DNA of 64,000 bases from Phoronis australis (taxonomy: Eukaryota > Animalia > Phoronida), in contig NMRA01000370.1 of assembly GCA_002633005.1 (NCBI GenBank), positions 124,001-188,000 of the forward strand, in the 5' to 3' direction. Positions 25,178 through 38,030 of the stretch are shown here, piece by piece (the stretch's first letter is position 1; the number at the start of each line of letters is the position of its first letter). Both the position numbers and the translations under genes were made by a program. The notes beneath the pieces are model-generated. The model did not search any database and had not been told where the DNA came from. It saw only the letters and a list, made by a program, of their open reading frames with translations.

Positions 25178-25727
25178 CAGAAGCGTGTTTAACAGAGTGA
25201 GCGCCCGCGAGCGATTTGAGCCCCCTCGTCCTGAACAGCTGTGTTCACGTTAGCGCTCGCAAGCGCTCGCGAACAACCTCGAGAGCATGTTCGCTTAGAT
25301 TTCCAAGATGGCGTCCTGCGAAGGCTTCACGTCTGCAACATATGAACCCATTATTGTTCTGCAACACGAAAACTATAACCTCAAAAGTTGACCGACTCGT
25401 CCGAAACTGTGACTTAAATTGCGGGTCGCTGTAGCGAGGAACAGTTTCCTCGACGTAATTTTCGATTCTTGTCGGGCCAAAGCCTTCGCGGTTGTTGTCT
25501 TGGGCTGCCGATATTAATAATTATTGGCAAAGATTAATCATATTTATCGCTCAGTACGCCATAGGAAGGACCGTTAGTGTTAAGCTCATCGGCTAAGACG
25601 TTCAACAAAAACTGCTTCAGAGTCGCCATACTGGATCGCACAGTGAGCGCTCACAGCTGTTCAGGAGCTGTTCCTTGTGTTCGCGAGTACACGCTAGCGG
25701 GCGCTCACTCTGTTGAACACGCTTCTG
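25178..25727. mobile_element. MITE of about 550 bp with ~31-bp TIRs
   Basis: CAGAAGCGTGTTTAACAGAGTGAGCGCCCGC ... GCGGGCGCTCACTCTGTTGAACACGCTTCTG, plus an inner inverted pair CCTGAACAGCTGTG / CACAGCTGTTCAGG. GC-rich relative to the flanks. TSD not clear. Confidence 0.85.
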
Positions 25728-26897
25728 GTCTAGGAGTGGATAGATTACTGTATGGTGATTGCAGAGAGATAAGTTCCGGGGGGGGGGGGTTATTCATGCT
25801 GACAAGGTGCCCGCAGGCATGTAAAAATATTGCTGAGCAACCCCTATTGCGGGTACCAGGTCTGCTAATTACTTACCCCTTTTACCGGATAGATTTTTCT
25901 GCCTCACCCCCTTTTACATGATAGTTTTTTTCTGCTGCACCCCTACATCTGCTGTGATCGACATTTTCAAAATCAGACACCTTTTGTTGGAGGTGCTAAC
26001 ATTTCGACTTCCAAAACCAAACTAACGCACGGGAAATTCCGGAACTTGATTCAATTCAACCACTTCTGAGTAGTGTCCTAGCAGTTGTTTGATTCTCGCT
26101 CATTTCCTGAATTCTTGTGGTAGTTTTCAATGGTCATGCTATTGCAGGTAGGAAGACAGCCAGTGTGCCATTTGCAGGGCTGAGGCCAATGCAGTGGGCC
26201 TTTTGCAGGGACAAAATGGAAATTTTAAGAGGCATGTTGGACCGTGCACGGGACTCCCAAAACTTGCTGAAAAAGTGCCGCCTACCTGCAATTTTTGGGT
26301 ACACACCTGCACGCACCTTGTCAATACGAGTGGGCCCCCTGGGATAAGTTCAGCCCAGATTTCGCTCTCGTGTGAGCAACCTCCCCCCCTCCCCGACTGG
26401 ATTACTATTGCATGACCATCAATTAGTTGTGATATGAATATACTTGCACTAATCATTAACAGTCATGAATAACTAGATACATCAAACATGAATTGCGTGT
26501 ATCATTAAACATAGATCGGACATTTCCATGATATGTCAGATGTGTAATTTGAAGACCATTGACCCTGAGTTTCTGTTACGCATTTATTTACTGCAGCTTA
26601 ACACTGGATGTTGACGTATTTGTGTATTTGGGAGCGTTGATCAGTAGAAACGCTATATCCCCTTTTGGACTGAAGTTAAAATGGCATTGTGATGTTTTGC
26701 ATTGAAGTCCTTAAAACAACCAATTCCTCATGAGAAAGCTCAAGGTAACTTCACAGTTTATATCCATGTGCATGTAGTAGCGGAGTTAACTCGGTGAGAG
26801 CAGGCCTTCTAGAAAAATAAATCAGATTATTCCTCATTGGTGCTCAATGCTAGCTTATCAATAAACTGCCTTCAGCACACACTCCAGAGTTTGGAGA

Positions 26898-27058
26898 GCT
26901 CCTGTCAAAAACCTGGAGCTGACTGATATGCAGGAAGTTGTCATATGGTGCTTGCATGTTAAGAATTTGGGAATGTTTTTTGGAGGTTGTAGTGCTCCTG
27001 TCAAAAACTTGGTGCTGAATGATATACAGGAAGTTGTCATATGGTTAAGAATTTGGGA
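26898..27058. repeat. Degenerate tandem duplication, period about 96 bp
   Basis: GCTCCTGTCAAAAAC.TGG.GCTGA.TGATAT.CAGGAAGTTGTCATATGGT occurs at 26898 and 26994. Confidence 0.75.
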
Positions 27059-29178
27059 AATTTTTTGCTTGAAGTCACAACACCATAGTGCCAGGCTGAA
27101 GTGTGGCTTTAAATGCAAGACAAATGTTTTTTTTATTTATTTACGCTAATTCTTGACTTTTTGCACAAAAATAATCACCAAAATGGCCATTTTTCCATTT
27201 TCAACGATAATGAGAACTCAGCAAATGTTGTTGTGTGACATCTAATCTACAGAATTTCGCTTGTCGGCCACATTGTGTGTTAAATAAGTGAAGAATTACC
27301 ATATATATTTTATTACTATATTTATTTATTATATCTAGCGAGAAATCAGTCAATCAATTAATGTTGATGGATATTAACTTAAATGAAGGAGACTGCCTGT
27401 CAAAACATCTGATGAACATTCATGACAGTGATGGCTAATATTTCCATATTTCCATAACTGTCTTGCCACCGCTCTGTTGTGATTGACAGTCTGGTTGTTA
27501 AATGCCTTTCTAAGAAATACATGTTTACTTTGGAATTAATAACCAGGAAATAGCCTCCCTTGGAGTTTTGATAGGTAATATAGCTTGATAGGTTTTATAG
27601 CTTGATTTAGATGGAGTGACTTGCAATGCTGCATCTGCAATACAGGGTAGTGTGTGATCTAATCTGGGTTTCCTTGGATTCATCAAATTAGAACACAATA
27701 TGACAGAAAAGTAAAATTTTATTTGATGAAAAAAAATTGACAAGGATAAACAAGAAGACAATTTTACTTGATTATTTGAAAACTTTATTATGGTATAGCT
27801 GTTACCAACAAACAGATGATGAAATTTTGAACATTTTTGGCAATACAGTGAAAAGGGAAAAATGAATATTTTGGCAATTGATTTTGTTCAAATTTGAGGA
27901 CACCTTATCGTACTTAGTCTGTTGTGGACCGTTTGACTTTCTGAACTGTTCAAGTCTATTTTGGAACTACCTTTTAAGGCCACTATTAAGACCCTGTGCA
28001 CTGGCCTGGAACTGCAATCAGTTTGGGTTATTTTGGGTTATGTAAGGTATCTGGAACAGGTGCTTTAAAAATTTGAATCATATTCATGAACCACCATGTT
28101 GTTTTCAAGAACAGGTGCATGGCAGTAAATGTTAAGTGGATGGTGTTTAGTTGGAAGCTTGCTGTGTACTTTGTGTGTGAATTTAAGGTGTATGTGAATA
28201 CCCCTGGACCACTCTGGTGAACTACTGGCTGTGGCAAGTTTCTGCTGTGCAAAGAGAAGGCCCTAAACCTGTAGAAAGCGCATTTAGAACCAATGCACTT
28301 ACTGTTTTGTTTCTTTGGTATAGTTACCAATGTCATGCAAAGATGATTGCCAAAGTTGATATGTTTCCATTTTTCAGTGGTTCTAACATTGTTTGGAATG
28401 ACTAAAATTTGACATAACATTGAATCATGGTAACTGTAGTATAAAACTTAAAGTGATAAAACTAAAAGTGATTATGGTAAACCTGGATGAGAATTTTAAA
28501 CGGATTACACGCTCAAAGTCAAACATGCGAAAATGTGTAACCCATGTAAAAAGTGTGTAAACCGTGTAAAAATATGACATGTTACGTGACAAACGGGTAA
28601 AACTGTTTTGGACTGGGGATAGAGCTGGAAAATTACAGTGAAAAATTCCCGAGGTTGTGACAATGAAAACTGATTACTCTATTCAAGGTTGGATCTCGTA
28701 CCAAATGTTAGAAATAGTCAACATTGGCTGTCCCGAGTTTAAGGAGTATGATCATTGACAAGCAATCATCTCCTTTGGTGCTTCACACTATAGGAATCCA
28801 TGAATATATTGCGTCTGTGATTATTTGAACTGGCAAGTCTATTTTCAGACTCAGTTTTGTGTTATTCCAGGGTTGCGATTATCGTTTTAAGATATAAGAA
28901 TTGACGGTTTGGCAAACATGTTTATGTAAAATAACTGAAAAATTGTCCTCGGTCTAGCTTCTGGTTAACAATGGTTTCTAGTAGAGTTTGAGTGTGGATC
29001 ACATCAGCAATTAATCATTACAAGCTAGTGACAAGAGCTTATGAATAAGTCCACATAATTCTATACTTAATTATTATTTTGATATTGGGAAATCTTTCTT
29101 TTGCTTCACTAATAACTATCGGAAAAATGCAGAAACGTGAAACATCAACACGATGTGTTCAGTCCATTGAAAAACTAG

Positions 29179-29682
29179 AAGCCCTTTCATGCTACTGTCA
29201 ATGTCTTGGGGAGTTGCAGTCAGTGTGAACGATTAACTTTGGTCCTGGATTGAAGGTAACTGTGCCAGTGAGCTTCATAGCAAAGAGGAAGATTCAACAG
29301 CGAAACGTCCATGCTGCGGTAGGGTATGAATGATCAACTTCGGTCTTATTGAAGTTATCACCAGGGCCATTGTTGTCGTCAACAAATAAGGGGCAGCATT
29401 ATCGCTAATATTTTGCTCGAATAATCACCAATCGAATTAGAAATCAGTTTTATGTCAATTATCACAGTGCACGTAAATTTTCTCAAATTCTCGCATTAAA
29501 ATAATTTAAGTGCGCACGGTACGAAAAACCTGCCATTTCTCTGTCTACTTTTAACGGTACTTTATGCATCAGCGCTACCTTGCAATAATTTGGATGACCC
29601 CGGTGTCTCCTATCGTTTACTTCCATGCAGTTAATTACTGAAGCTGGTATGAATAGTTCAGTTAACTTCCAAGTTTACACCA
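29179..29682. mobile_element. PIF/Harbinger-like MITE, copy 2, inverted relative to 10347-10815
   Basis: AAGCCCTTTCATGCT..GGGGAGTTGCAGTCAGTGTGAAC..TTAACTTTGGTCCTGGATT..TTCAGTTAACTT is the reverse complement of copy 1. The right end degrades into a ~31-bp repeat. Confidence 0.7.
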
Positions 29683-29808
29683 ATACTCTGCCCCTAACAG
29701 AAAGTTTACACCGATGCTTTGCCCCTGACAGAAAGTTTACACTGATGCTCTGCCCATTACTGAAAGTTTATGTGGATGCTCTGCCCCTAATGATGCTCTG
29801 CCCCTAAC
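29671..29808. repeat. ~31-bp tandem repeat, 3-4 copies
   Basis: AAGTTTACACYGATGCTCTGCCCCTRACAGA units. Confidence 0.7.
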
Positions 29809-30050
29809 CTAGTTAAATGAAAGACCTTTAGACTACCCTTAAATTCCACATAACCAATAAACCAATTATCAATTTGTAACTTAATGAGGTGGAATAATTT
29901 GTTTGGATAAGCATCAAACTACTTTAAGCACATTGGCCAAGTCCACTGCATAGCTAGGCACACAGTGATTTGTATTGTGCTTGCCTGTTGGAACTACTGT
30001 TCCTGAACTAATGCCAGAGTGGGAAATTCATCAAAACAGAGTAAGTGTTA

Positions 30051-30478
30051 AGTGCCCTTTGCACTTACAAAGTTGACAGGGATCAGCTGACATGGAATAT
30101 AACCAGTTGTTCCAGTGTGTAAACGGACTGACATGGAGCAAATTGACACCGTGGTGACAAATTTTTGCCACCTGTTTGTGAGGTAGAGCAATTTGCACCC
30201 GAACATCTTGCGCCGTGTCAGTTGTAAGTCTAAACGCGAAACCGGAGCAAAGCAGAAAGGATCATCTCTACTGCGCTTATGCAATGATCTTCATACGGGT
30301 TCTTTGTCTCTGCAACTCTCATCATTTGTAAACCTGCGCATGTGCGATCCAGTTTCTTCAGCCTGCAATTTCCGTCTTGCCACGGTTAGTGAGTTGTGTG
30401 TGTAAACGGCCGATTGACACGGGTCAATTTGCTCCGTGTCAGTTGCGCCGGGCCAAAAGTTGATGTCTAAATGGGACT
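30051..30478. mobile_element. PIF/Harbinger-like MITE, about 430 bp
   Basis: TTA|AGTGCCCTTTGCAC ... GTCTAAATGGGACT|TTA, with internal inverted CTGACATGGAGCAAATTGAC / GTCAATTTGCTCCGTGTCAG and repeated GTGTAAACGG motifs. Confidence 0.6.
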
Positions 30479-30555
30479 TTATTTAGATGTCCATTGATGA
30501 GTGCTTTGTTCTTTTCCACAGAGATTTGTACCAAATGTAAAATTGATGACTGTCC

Positions 30556-30905
30556 AGGGAAGGTTTAGTGGACTTGATGGACTTGATAGAGAGGACAGAA
30601 TATGTCCCTGCTGTGAAAGTGGAAAAGTGGAAACAGAATTACACTTTCTTCTTGATTGTTATTTATATTCTGATCTACGTCTGCTGTTCTTACCGAGAGA
30701 TGATAAGGAGGACGAGAAAGCGTTCAGAAAGTTTTTACACACTCGTGATTTAGCTGTCCTGAGAAAAGTTGCTTGATAATTAATGCGGATAAACGTCGAA
30801 ATGAGTTCCTTGATATGAATTAATTTATATTTGAAAAATCGTGTACTTTCTATGTATTACATATTTGTAATGTGGGCCGGAAGCCTGTTACATGAAATAA
30901 ACCTA
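30556..30905 (+). mobile_element. 5'-truncated non-LTR retrotransposon (LINE) 3' end
   Basis: Translates as GRFSGL..REDRICPCCESGKVETELHFLLDCYLYSDLR, the CxxC..E.E.HFLL.C..Y zinc-knuckle typical of LINE ORF2 C-termini. A short AT-rich tail follows with AATAAA at about 30896. Confidence 0.75.
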
Positions 30906-30907
30906 GT

Positions 30908-31508
30908 TTGTGTCCTACAAGAAAAAATGAACATTTTTAGTTTTGATGTGAACCTTGTAATTTGTCATGTGTCAAAAAGCCCACTTTGATGATAAAATCA
31001 ACGATATTTGGCATGCCACTCAAGCAGAAATGTAAGGTACTGAAATGGATTTTGTATAGTACTTATGCATAAACAACAATGTTTGAGATTGAATTCTACA
31101 ACACATTACGTTAACAAAGAGTGTCGGAACTGTTGAATATGAAAAGACTTGGGTGTGATAGAATCCTTTTCAGCCCTCAATTTAACATGGCCAGGGGCTG
31201 GTATCGTTNTTGTGTCCTACAAGAAAAAATGAACATTTTTAGTTTTGATGTGAACCTTGTAATTTGTCGTGTCAAAAAGCCCACTTTGATGATAAAATCA
31301 ACGATATTTGGCATGCCACTCAAGCAGAAATGTAAGGTACTGAAATGGATTTTGTATAGTACTTATGCATAAACAACAATGTTTGAGATTGAATTCTACA
31401 ACACATTACGTTAACAAAGAGTGTCGGAACTGTTGAATATGAAAAGACTTGGGTGTGATAGAATCCTTTTCAGCCCTCAATTTAACATGGCCAGGGGCTG
31501 GTATCGTT
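30908..31508. other. ~300-bp tandem duplication across an N (probable assembly or haplotype overlap artefact)
   Basis: 30908-31208 and 31210-31508 are identical except for a 2-bp indel (GTCATGTGTC vs GTCGTGTC) and are joined by the only N seen in the window, at 31209. Confidence 0.85.
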
Positions 31509-32444
31509 TGATATAAATTTTTTCATTCATGATGGCTCTGCCCTTGTTCCTAAATGAACGGCACATCGATGTTCATATGAAAACAATGAAGATATGTAAA
31601 TAGAATAATGTGTTTGGTTTTTTATTTTATAAAGTAATGAGAAACCCAGGTGGTTCTAAATATTGGCTAGCCTTCAGATTAATATTGACTTTTTAGTTTT
31701 CTTCAATGCATTTGGTTTTATCTTTGATTAAAATGGTAATTGAACAATGAATGTTCTGTTTTTCCAGTCAGTTGCCCCCTCCCCCTTCACCCATACAGTG
31801 TCACTCCACCTGCCAAGTCTGTCAACCACTTGAATTTTATCTTTGATTTTAAAGGTTATGTTCCTAATTATCCTTCTTTACCAGAACCACTCATGGTGAC
31901 GATGGTTCGTCAATGCGAATGTCCCAGACAGCAAGGGACAATGGACTGGGCCGCTAAGTGAAGTAAAAAGCCAAACCTGCAACATCTTTCAATAAACAGG
32001 CCATTTCTAGCTAAAATAAACTTAATATTTCACTTATTGGATTAATCTTGTGTTCAGATTGTAGAGTTGAATGGTCACAGCACGGAACGATTTTTCGGAC
32101 TGTTTCCCGCTGCTCAATATCTATACACAATATTTGGGTCCAACATTGGTTGGACAAAACGTAATTCTAATCACTGTGGTTCTACTGAATGGATTTTGAA
32201 AATTCAGAGACGATAACTACATACTTTATTATGGATATTACTGATACAATACTTTCACAAATGTAAGTGCGTCAGATGAATAGGTAATTAAAATATCTCC
32301 GCCAAGTTAAAATGACTTGTCAGCAGAGATAATATTGGTCATTATCCCTTGCTTCTTGTGGTTTTTCTAGGCTCATGAGCTTTTAATGATCATTTTAGTA
32401 ATATCAAAGAGTTACATATTGATTTGGCGTGAAATTCAAAACTT

Positions 32445-32511
32445 GGCTTGCGAGGGATTTGAACTTGGGTCTCAGAATTTACAAGTGCACATGTTACCAC
32501 TAAGCCATGGC
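32445..32511 (-). mobile_element. tRNA-derived SINE head or tRNA pseudogene
   Basis: The minus strand reads GCCATGGCTTAGTGGTAACATGTGCACTTGTAAATTCTGAGACCCAAGTTCAAATCCCTCGCAAGCC: an A-box (TGGCTTAGTGG) and a B-box (GTTCAAATCC) at tRNA spacing, but with poorly paired stems. Confidence 0.55.
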
Positions 32512-35313
32512 ATGCTTACCTCAAGCAGAGTTGAAACAAATGTATATAAACAAGTTGTTCCCAAGGATACTCAGTGTTTGAGGCGCATTACTTGAGTGTA
32601 ATATTACTCAACTTAAAAAGGGAACTTTCAAACATTTATTTATTGTTGTACGCGAAACAATTAAACTTCAAAAAACAGTATGCTTTGCAGCTGAATAAAT
32701 AACCGTTCTGATCAATAACAAACCTCTGTCAAATACCAAATATGCAAAAATACAAGTTTGACAGAAGAGATGACAAGTATTCCTATATTTTTGTAGTGTT
32801 GACCTGATGACCTATTGTGTAATCCAAGTAGTTCCAAAAACATCAACATGAAGGAACTGAAAGTTTCTACTAGACAGCAAGTGTTCTTGAGTGATGTTTT
32901 TGTTGAAAGCCATCACGTTCTTAATAATACCTTTAATAACGCCAGAACCATTCAGTAATCTTTATTTAGTATAGGGGAGCATGCAGCAATCTGTATGATG
33001 TGGGCCGCAAACAAGCGAGTGTTCATGAGTTTTGGACCTCTCTCTCACCCTGGGTAAGTGCTGAATGCCAGGGGGTGTAACCTAATGAAATGGTAAATGA
33101 CGCTCACTCAGCATAAAGAAATTAAAATATTACAAAGTTAAGCTCTTTTAAAGGTTAGATAAAGGTGGTTAACTTTATGAAAGTTACTTGTAAAGGTTCA
33201 ATCATCCTAAACGATCTTTAGTCTGAATACGGAAGCTTGTCACATTCTGTACTACAGTTTGGTTTTGAATAGAAGAGCTTCGATGCTGTTACCTCCTTCC
33301 AGGTATTGTTATCCTAATAACCAGGTCTACTTGATCTTCTTTGGTACAAAAATATAAATGTATAAATGATTTCTTACCTCTGATTAGTTGAATGTCTCAT
33401 CAACATTACTAATTGTGCTTGCTTGTTTTGCTCTCATCATAAGTATTCTTTGAGGTAACTTATAGTGGTTCAGTGACAGTTTTTAGGGAGAGCTTTTGAA
33501 AGTGAATACTATATAAGATCTTCACAGACAAGGAGTTGCTCTGTTGTGTACATACTCTTGATGGTACTTCTGTTCAGGGGTACAGAGATGCCATGTTGGT
33601 GTATCACTTTTGATTTAAAACTCCCTTTTTCACCAGGCATAGGATTAAATTTCTTTGAATTTGAAAAAGTAATACTAATTGTTTTTTCCAGTTTTCAAAA
33701 ACTCAGGACGTTGCTAATTGCTAAAAATGCTTGAGATTGTCTTAGCGAATTTTCCTTATATTTTTTATGTGAAAAGTAATAGATTACGTGATGGACTTCA
33801 TCTTTTCACGTCGAATTCAAGTAAATAATTACCAAGGTTTTTTTTCCAATTTTCAAAAGCTCACGGTGTTGCTAAAAATGCTCAAGATTGCCTTGTCACA
33901 TTCCCCAGATATTTTTGATCTCCTTCAAGCAAATTAATGTTTTGTACTCTCATGAAAATGGCACCTTGTTATTAATATTATTAATTACTGATTGAAAAAT
34001 CTGTGCACACGGTAACTACAACTACGAAAAGTGATAAATGCAATCACAGAAAGCTCTCAGCTTTATTACTTGTGTATCCAAGAAATTTAAAAACTCATTA
34101 GATACGTTGCCAGTCTCATCATATGACGCTTTTCAGAACTTGTTTTACTGGGTAACGAAGCACTTATCTTTTTTGATTGAACGATCGGTAGGCTCTGTGC
34201 CTTTCTTATTAAACATTAGAATAGTACGTTGCAAGCAATTACGCAGTATTTGTACTGTGCGTTTTGTACGAAAATACCGTGGAATTTCCTTAAGTATGAT
34301 TTCTTGGCTTTCAACGTAATGACGAGAAGTAAATATCTTGCAACTTCTTTTTTACAACTGGCACCACAAATATAGCAACTCCACTGTTTTCTTATTGCAA
34401 GGGGACAACTACAGTTTTCTCATATCAGTATTTTTATAAGCAAATACAGGGTGACTCAAAAATGCCACCCATGAAAACGAAAATGTCAGTTACCTTTTTG
34501 TCTCCGCAAATTTTAATTAGCTCCCAAAATGTAGGAAACTTGTACGAGGGAGAATACCTCACTAACTGCTGTGTTAATGTAGGTTTCACTGGCACGTTCA
34601 CCCTTATCAACCGTTCGGGTGAATCTCACCCCAACTTCTCAAAAATTATTGTTTTTATATGCCCACGCTTGCTTTAACAGTCACTCTCTGATTTTGAAGT
34701 TCCCCAGTTTAAACCCTCTGGGCATTAAACCAGATGCTTGTGACATTCTGAAATAGATTTTAGGTTAGCTATTACCTATAACTATTTGTGAATAAATAAA
34801 ATATGTGTTGGAATGCCGTGCAATTACCATTGGTTAACATGAGTTAAATAGTATAAAGTAAAATGACAAAGGTCGGTTTAAAATCTGTTGAAATATCCCC
34901 AATGTTTCCAGCAATACAGTCTCTATGTGAAAGGCATGACACAGACTGCTAAATATAGATATAAATCTATCCATTCTGAGAGTCTGTGTCATGCCTTTGA
35001 CAAGGAGATCATACCACTCAACAGTGTGGAATATTTTAATTAATTTTATACAGATGTTCATCTTTTTACTTTATACTATTTAACTATTAGGTTAATTTAT
35101 TATGTGTCACTTATTACTGATCATATCCAGAGTATTTGCAATTTCAAGAGTTTCTAAACTTGTAGATTTGCTTTATAAAATAGAACCTTTTGTAGACTTT
35201 TGAGCTACCAAAGTGAAGTGAACCTATTTATAGGGAATCATGCCAAGAAAAAATCTTTTTGTAGGGAAACTCAGGTCGCGAAATTGTCACCCTTGTGAGA
35301 AGCACATCCGGTA

Positions 35314-35471
35314 CATGGGCGGATCTAGAATTTTGAGTTAGGGGGGGCCACGGTAGAGTATTACCCAGGATTTTGCCCGTCAGACATTCGCACCCCCGAA
35401 ATGCCAAATGGAATCTGGGAGAATTTTAGGGCGGACCATGGCCCCCTTGGACCCCTCTAAATCCGCCACTG
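35314..35471. mobile_element. Short hAT-like MITE related to the termini of the 54455-56826 element
   Basis: CATGGGCGGATCTAG...GGGGGGGCCA ... TGGCCCCC..CTAAATCCGCCACTG. TSD not evident. Confidence 0.65.
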
Positions 35472-38030
35472 CTTTATACCTCTTTTTGGGAGTACCTCCC
35501 GGGTCATCACTGAAATTTTTAGTGTGGCTTGTGAGGTTTTGATTGTCTTTTTAAAAAGCTACAATAGTCATCTTGGTGAGGAAAAGTGAGTAAGGCTGTC
35601 TGGAAGTGTTGGAAGTGGTGCTGACCATACTGCCCAAGGGTCAGTCTGCTTTTCTGGACTCCCTGCTTCTGTTTTCATGGTAAACCTTCCTGAAGTAGTA
35701 TATTCCCACTTTTCATTTACATTTATAGAATTTAAATTGTGAATTTTATTGTAACTTTGTGTCAGACTCGCCAAGCGTGAAATACCCCATGAAGATAGCT
35801 CAAAAGTTGTTTTTGGAATGTTTTATCAAAAGTTGTCTTTGGAATGTTTTGTGATTCAGGGAGCCCAGAGTGTTAAATTGAAAGTAAACATGTTTACAAC
35901 CTTGTGAATGGCTCTGTGGGATTCTCTGTCTACTGTTTAATTGGTGTGTGACATTTTAGTGGGATGGTTGTCTACACAGAGTGAATATCAAGGCAATGAG
36001 TATTGGGTGGCTCTGCACTCTTAGACATCCCATGAGATCTCTATGGATTACGTATTGATATTTATTTGATTGTGTTTTTGAATAATTTGTTAGACTGTGA
36101 TTATATTGGGTTAGGCAAATGATATGGTGTTGTAGACTGATTCAACTTTTCCGTTGTCATCAGATTTCTATCATGGTCTAATGGATTATAGTGAAGAGGT
36201 ATTTGTGTACTAAAATAATTGTATATATATATAGATTTCTTTGTACTTTTTAACCCAGATATAATGCGCTTTCTGGGTTATGTATATTCATTGTATCGAA
36301 GATTTCGTAATCAACATTATAAAGAAAAAATAATGAAGAGGCAAAAGCCCATGATTTTGCTCATTTTGCTTGTAGGCTTTCCTAAGAACCACATACGTGT
36401 GTGTGTGCGTGTGTGCGTGCATGTGTGTAAATAGTTGCTTTAAGAATATCTTGAACCTATTTTCACAGGTTCAAGATAATGATGTTGGCGGAAAGTTGAG
36501 CAAAAACTTGTTGGCTTTGAGTCGCGCTTCAAAAAATAGAGGACAAAATATTCTTTCTGCATTAAAATTTACCGCAGACCACACCAAGTTTCATTTGCAC
36601 TCTGGTATTATGACTGGAAATTCCAGATCATTTTGTACGATTACTTTTGCCATATGTTGTTACTACAACATTACTGAAGTAGATACTGTACTTTTGATTT
36701 GCTTAATGGGGTCTGTCATTGTCTCTTATGCGACTGTGCTGTGGATGAAGTGAAGGAAAAGTTAATTACTTAATTACCTGCAGGATTCTCTAATGCTACA
36801 AAACACCTCTGTTTTGAAGAAATGTCAATCTGCCCTTGAAAGTATCAGCTTATGCGACAAGCCATAAGCAAAATAATCAACTTAGTTGAAAATGAGAGAT
36901 TGGAGAACAGAAGATAGTTTTTGATAAGTTTCTCCGAATTACGTTTTGGTGAACAAAGGTTTTTCATTGGTTTTCAAAAATTACTACTGTCCATAGAGCA
37001 TAGTTAGAAGCGGGATAAGTTTGTCTGAAGATAGCAAAGTTTATAAACACGGCTCTGAGGGAACTAAGACAGTTAACCGTATAGTTTCACGGAGTTCTTA
37101 GTGCGTGAGTTTAGATTTTGCGTCATTGAGCAGCGGAGAGCACGTTGTTTCTCACATGCTTTCTATGACTGCTCAAACATTTTATTAAATAGGGTAAAGA
37201 TTCTCCAATTTGGGTGGGTCTCTAAAATCTGGGACACTGAAATTGAATCTTCTTCATTCTGAAGATTGGGACAAGATATATTTTGGCGTTTTTCTTAAAT
37301 ATTGAACACTGCATTTTGCATCAACAAAGTCTGAAACAAAATTGTCCAAAATAGCTGCCTACATAGAATTTGTCTTTCTTGTAAGTCTTGAATTTGGGAT
37401 GGACATTATTGGCTATGGCTAAAACTTAGTACTTACTTGAGCAAAATGTTAAAATTGTAGACTGTAGAATTTTTACCGCACACTGTTTGTTTCTCTGCAT
37501 TGTGAGCATGTGTTTTCTCGTGCTCAGATTACTCGGGGAAATCCTTTGCTTGTATTAAGTTCTTGTACGGGATTTTCAAGAGTCATTTCCATACTTAAAT
37601 GATATTTGGTTTTTAATAACACTTCAAACGTGGAATTTTTTTATAAGATGGCAGATAGAAGGCAAATCTGTGACAGTGTTTGCGGAGGTGTCCTTAACAG
37701 CTGTCTCGCAAGTAATACACATGACGTTAATATGCAAAATGTTAATTTTCTGCCCATTCACTTGTGATCGCTGTCTGCCTTCTGGTTGAACAGCATGTAA
37801 ATGCCGTGTTAGAAATGTAAGTTAATGACTTTGAAACTTACAAAGTACTTTATGTCTTATACAGGTGAATTACACCGTAGAATGCTTTTTAGCATTTTAT
37901 AACTACTCTAACTTATTGTCTGAAATTGATGGGACCATCCTGATTTAGGGCATTCAGTTTAAATGTGACATTTTTGTAGTTTTAAGTAATGTTGTTCTTA
38001 TGTCTGTATGATTTTATTACCTTACCACAG

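Noticed and set aside
25745-26415. G-run/C-run bounded segment next to the 25178 MITE
   Set aside because: Probably another decayed MITE, but TIRs and TSD could not be defined well enough to call.
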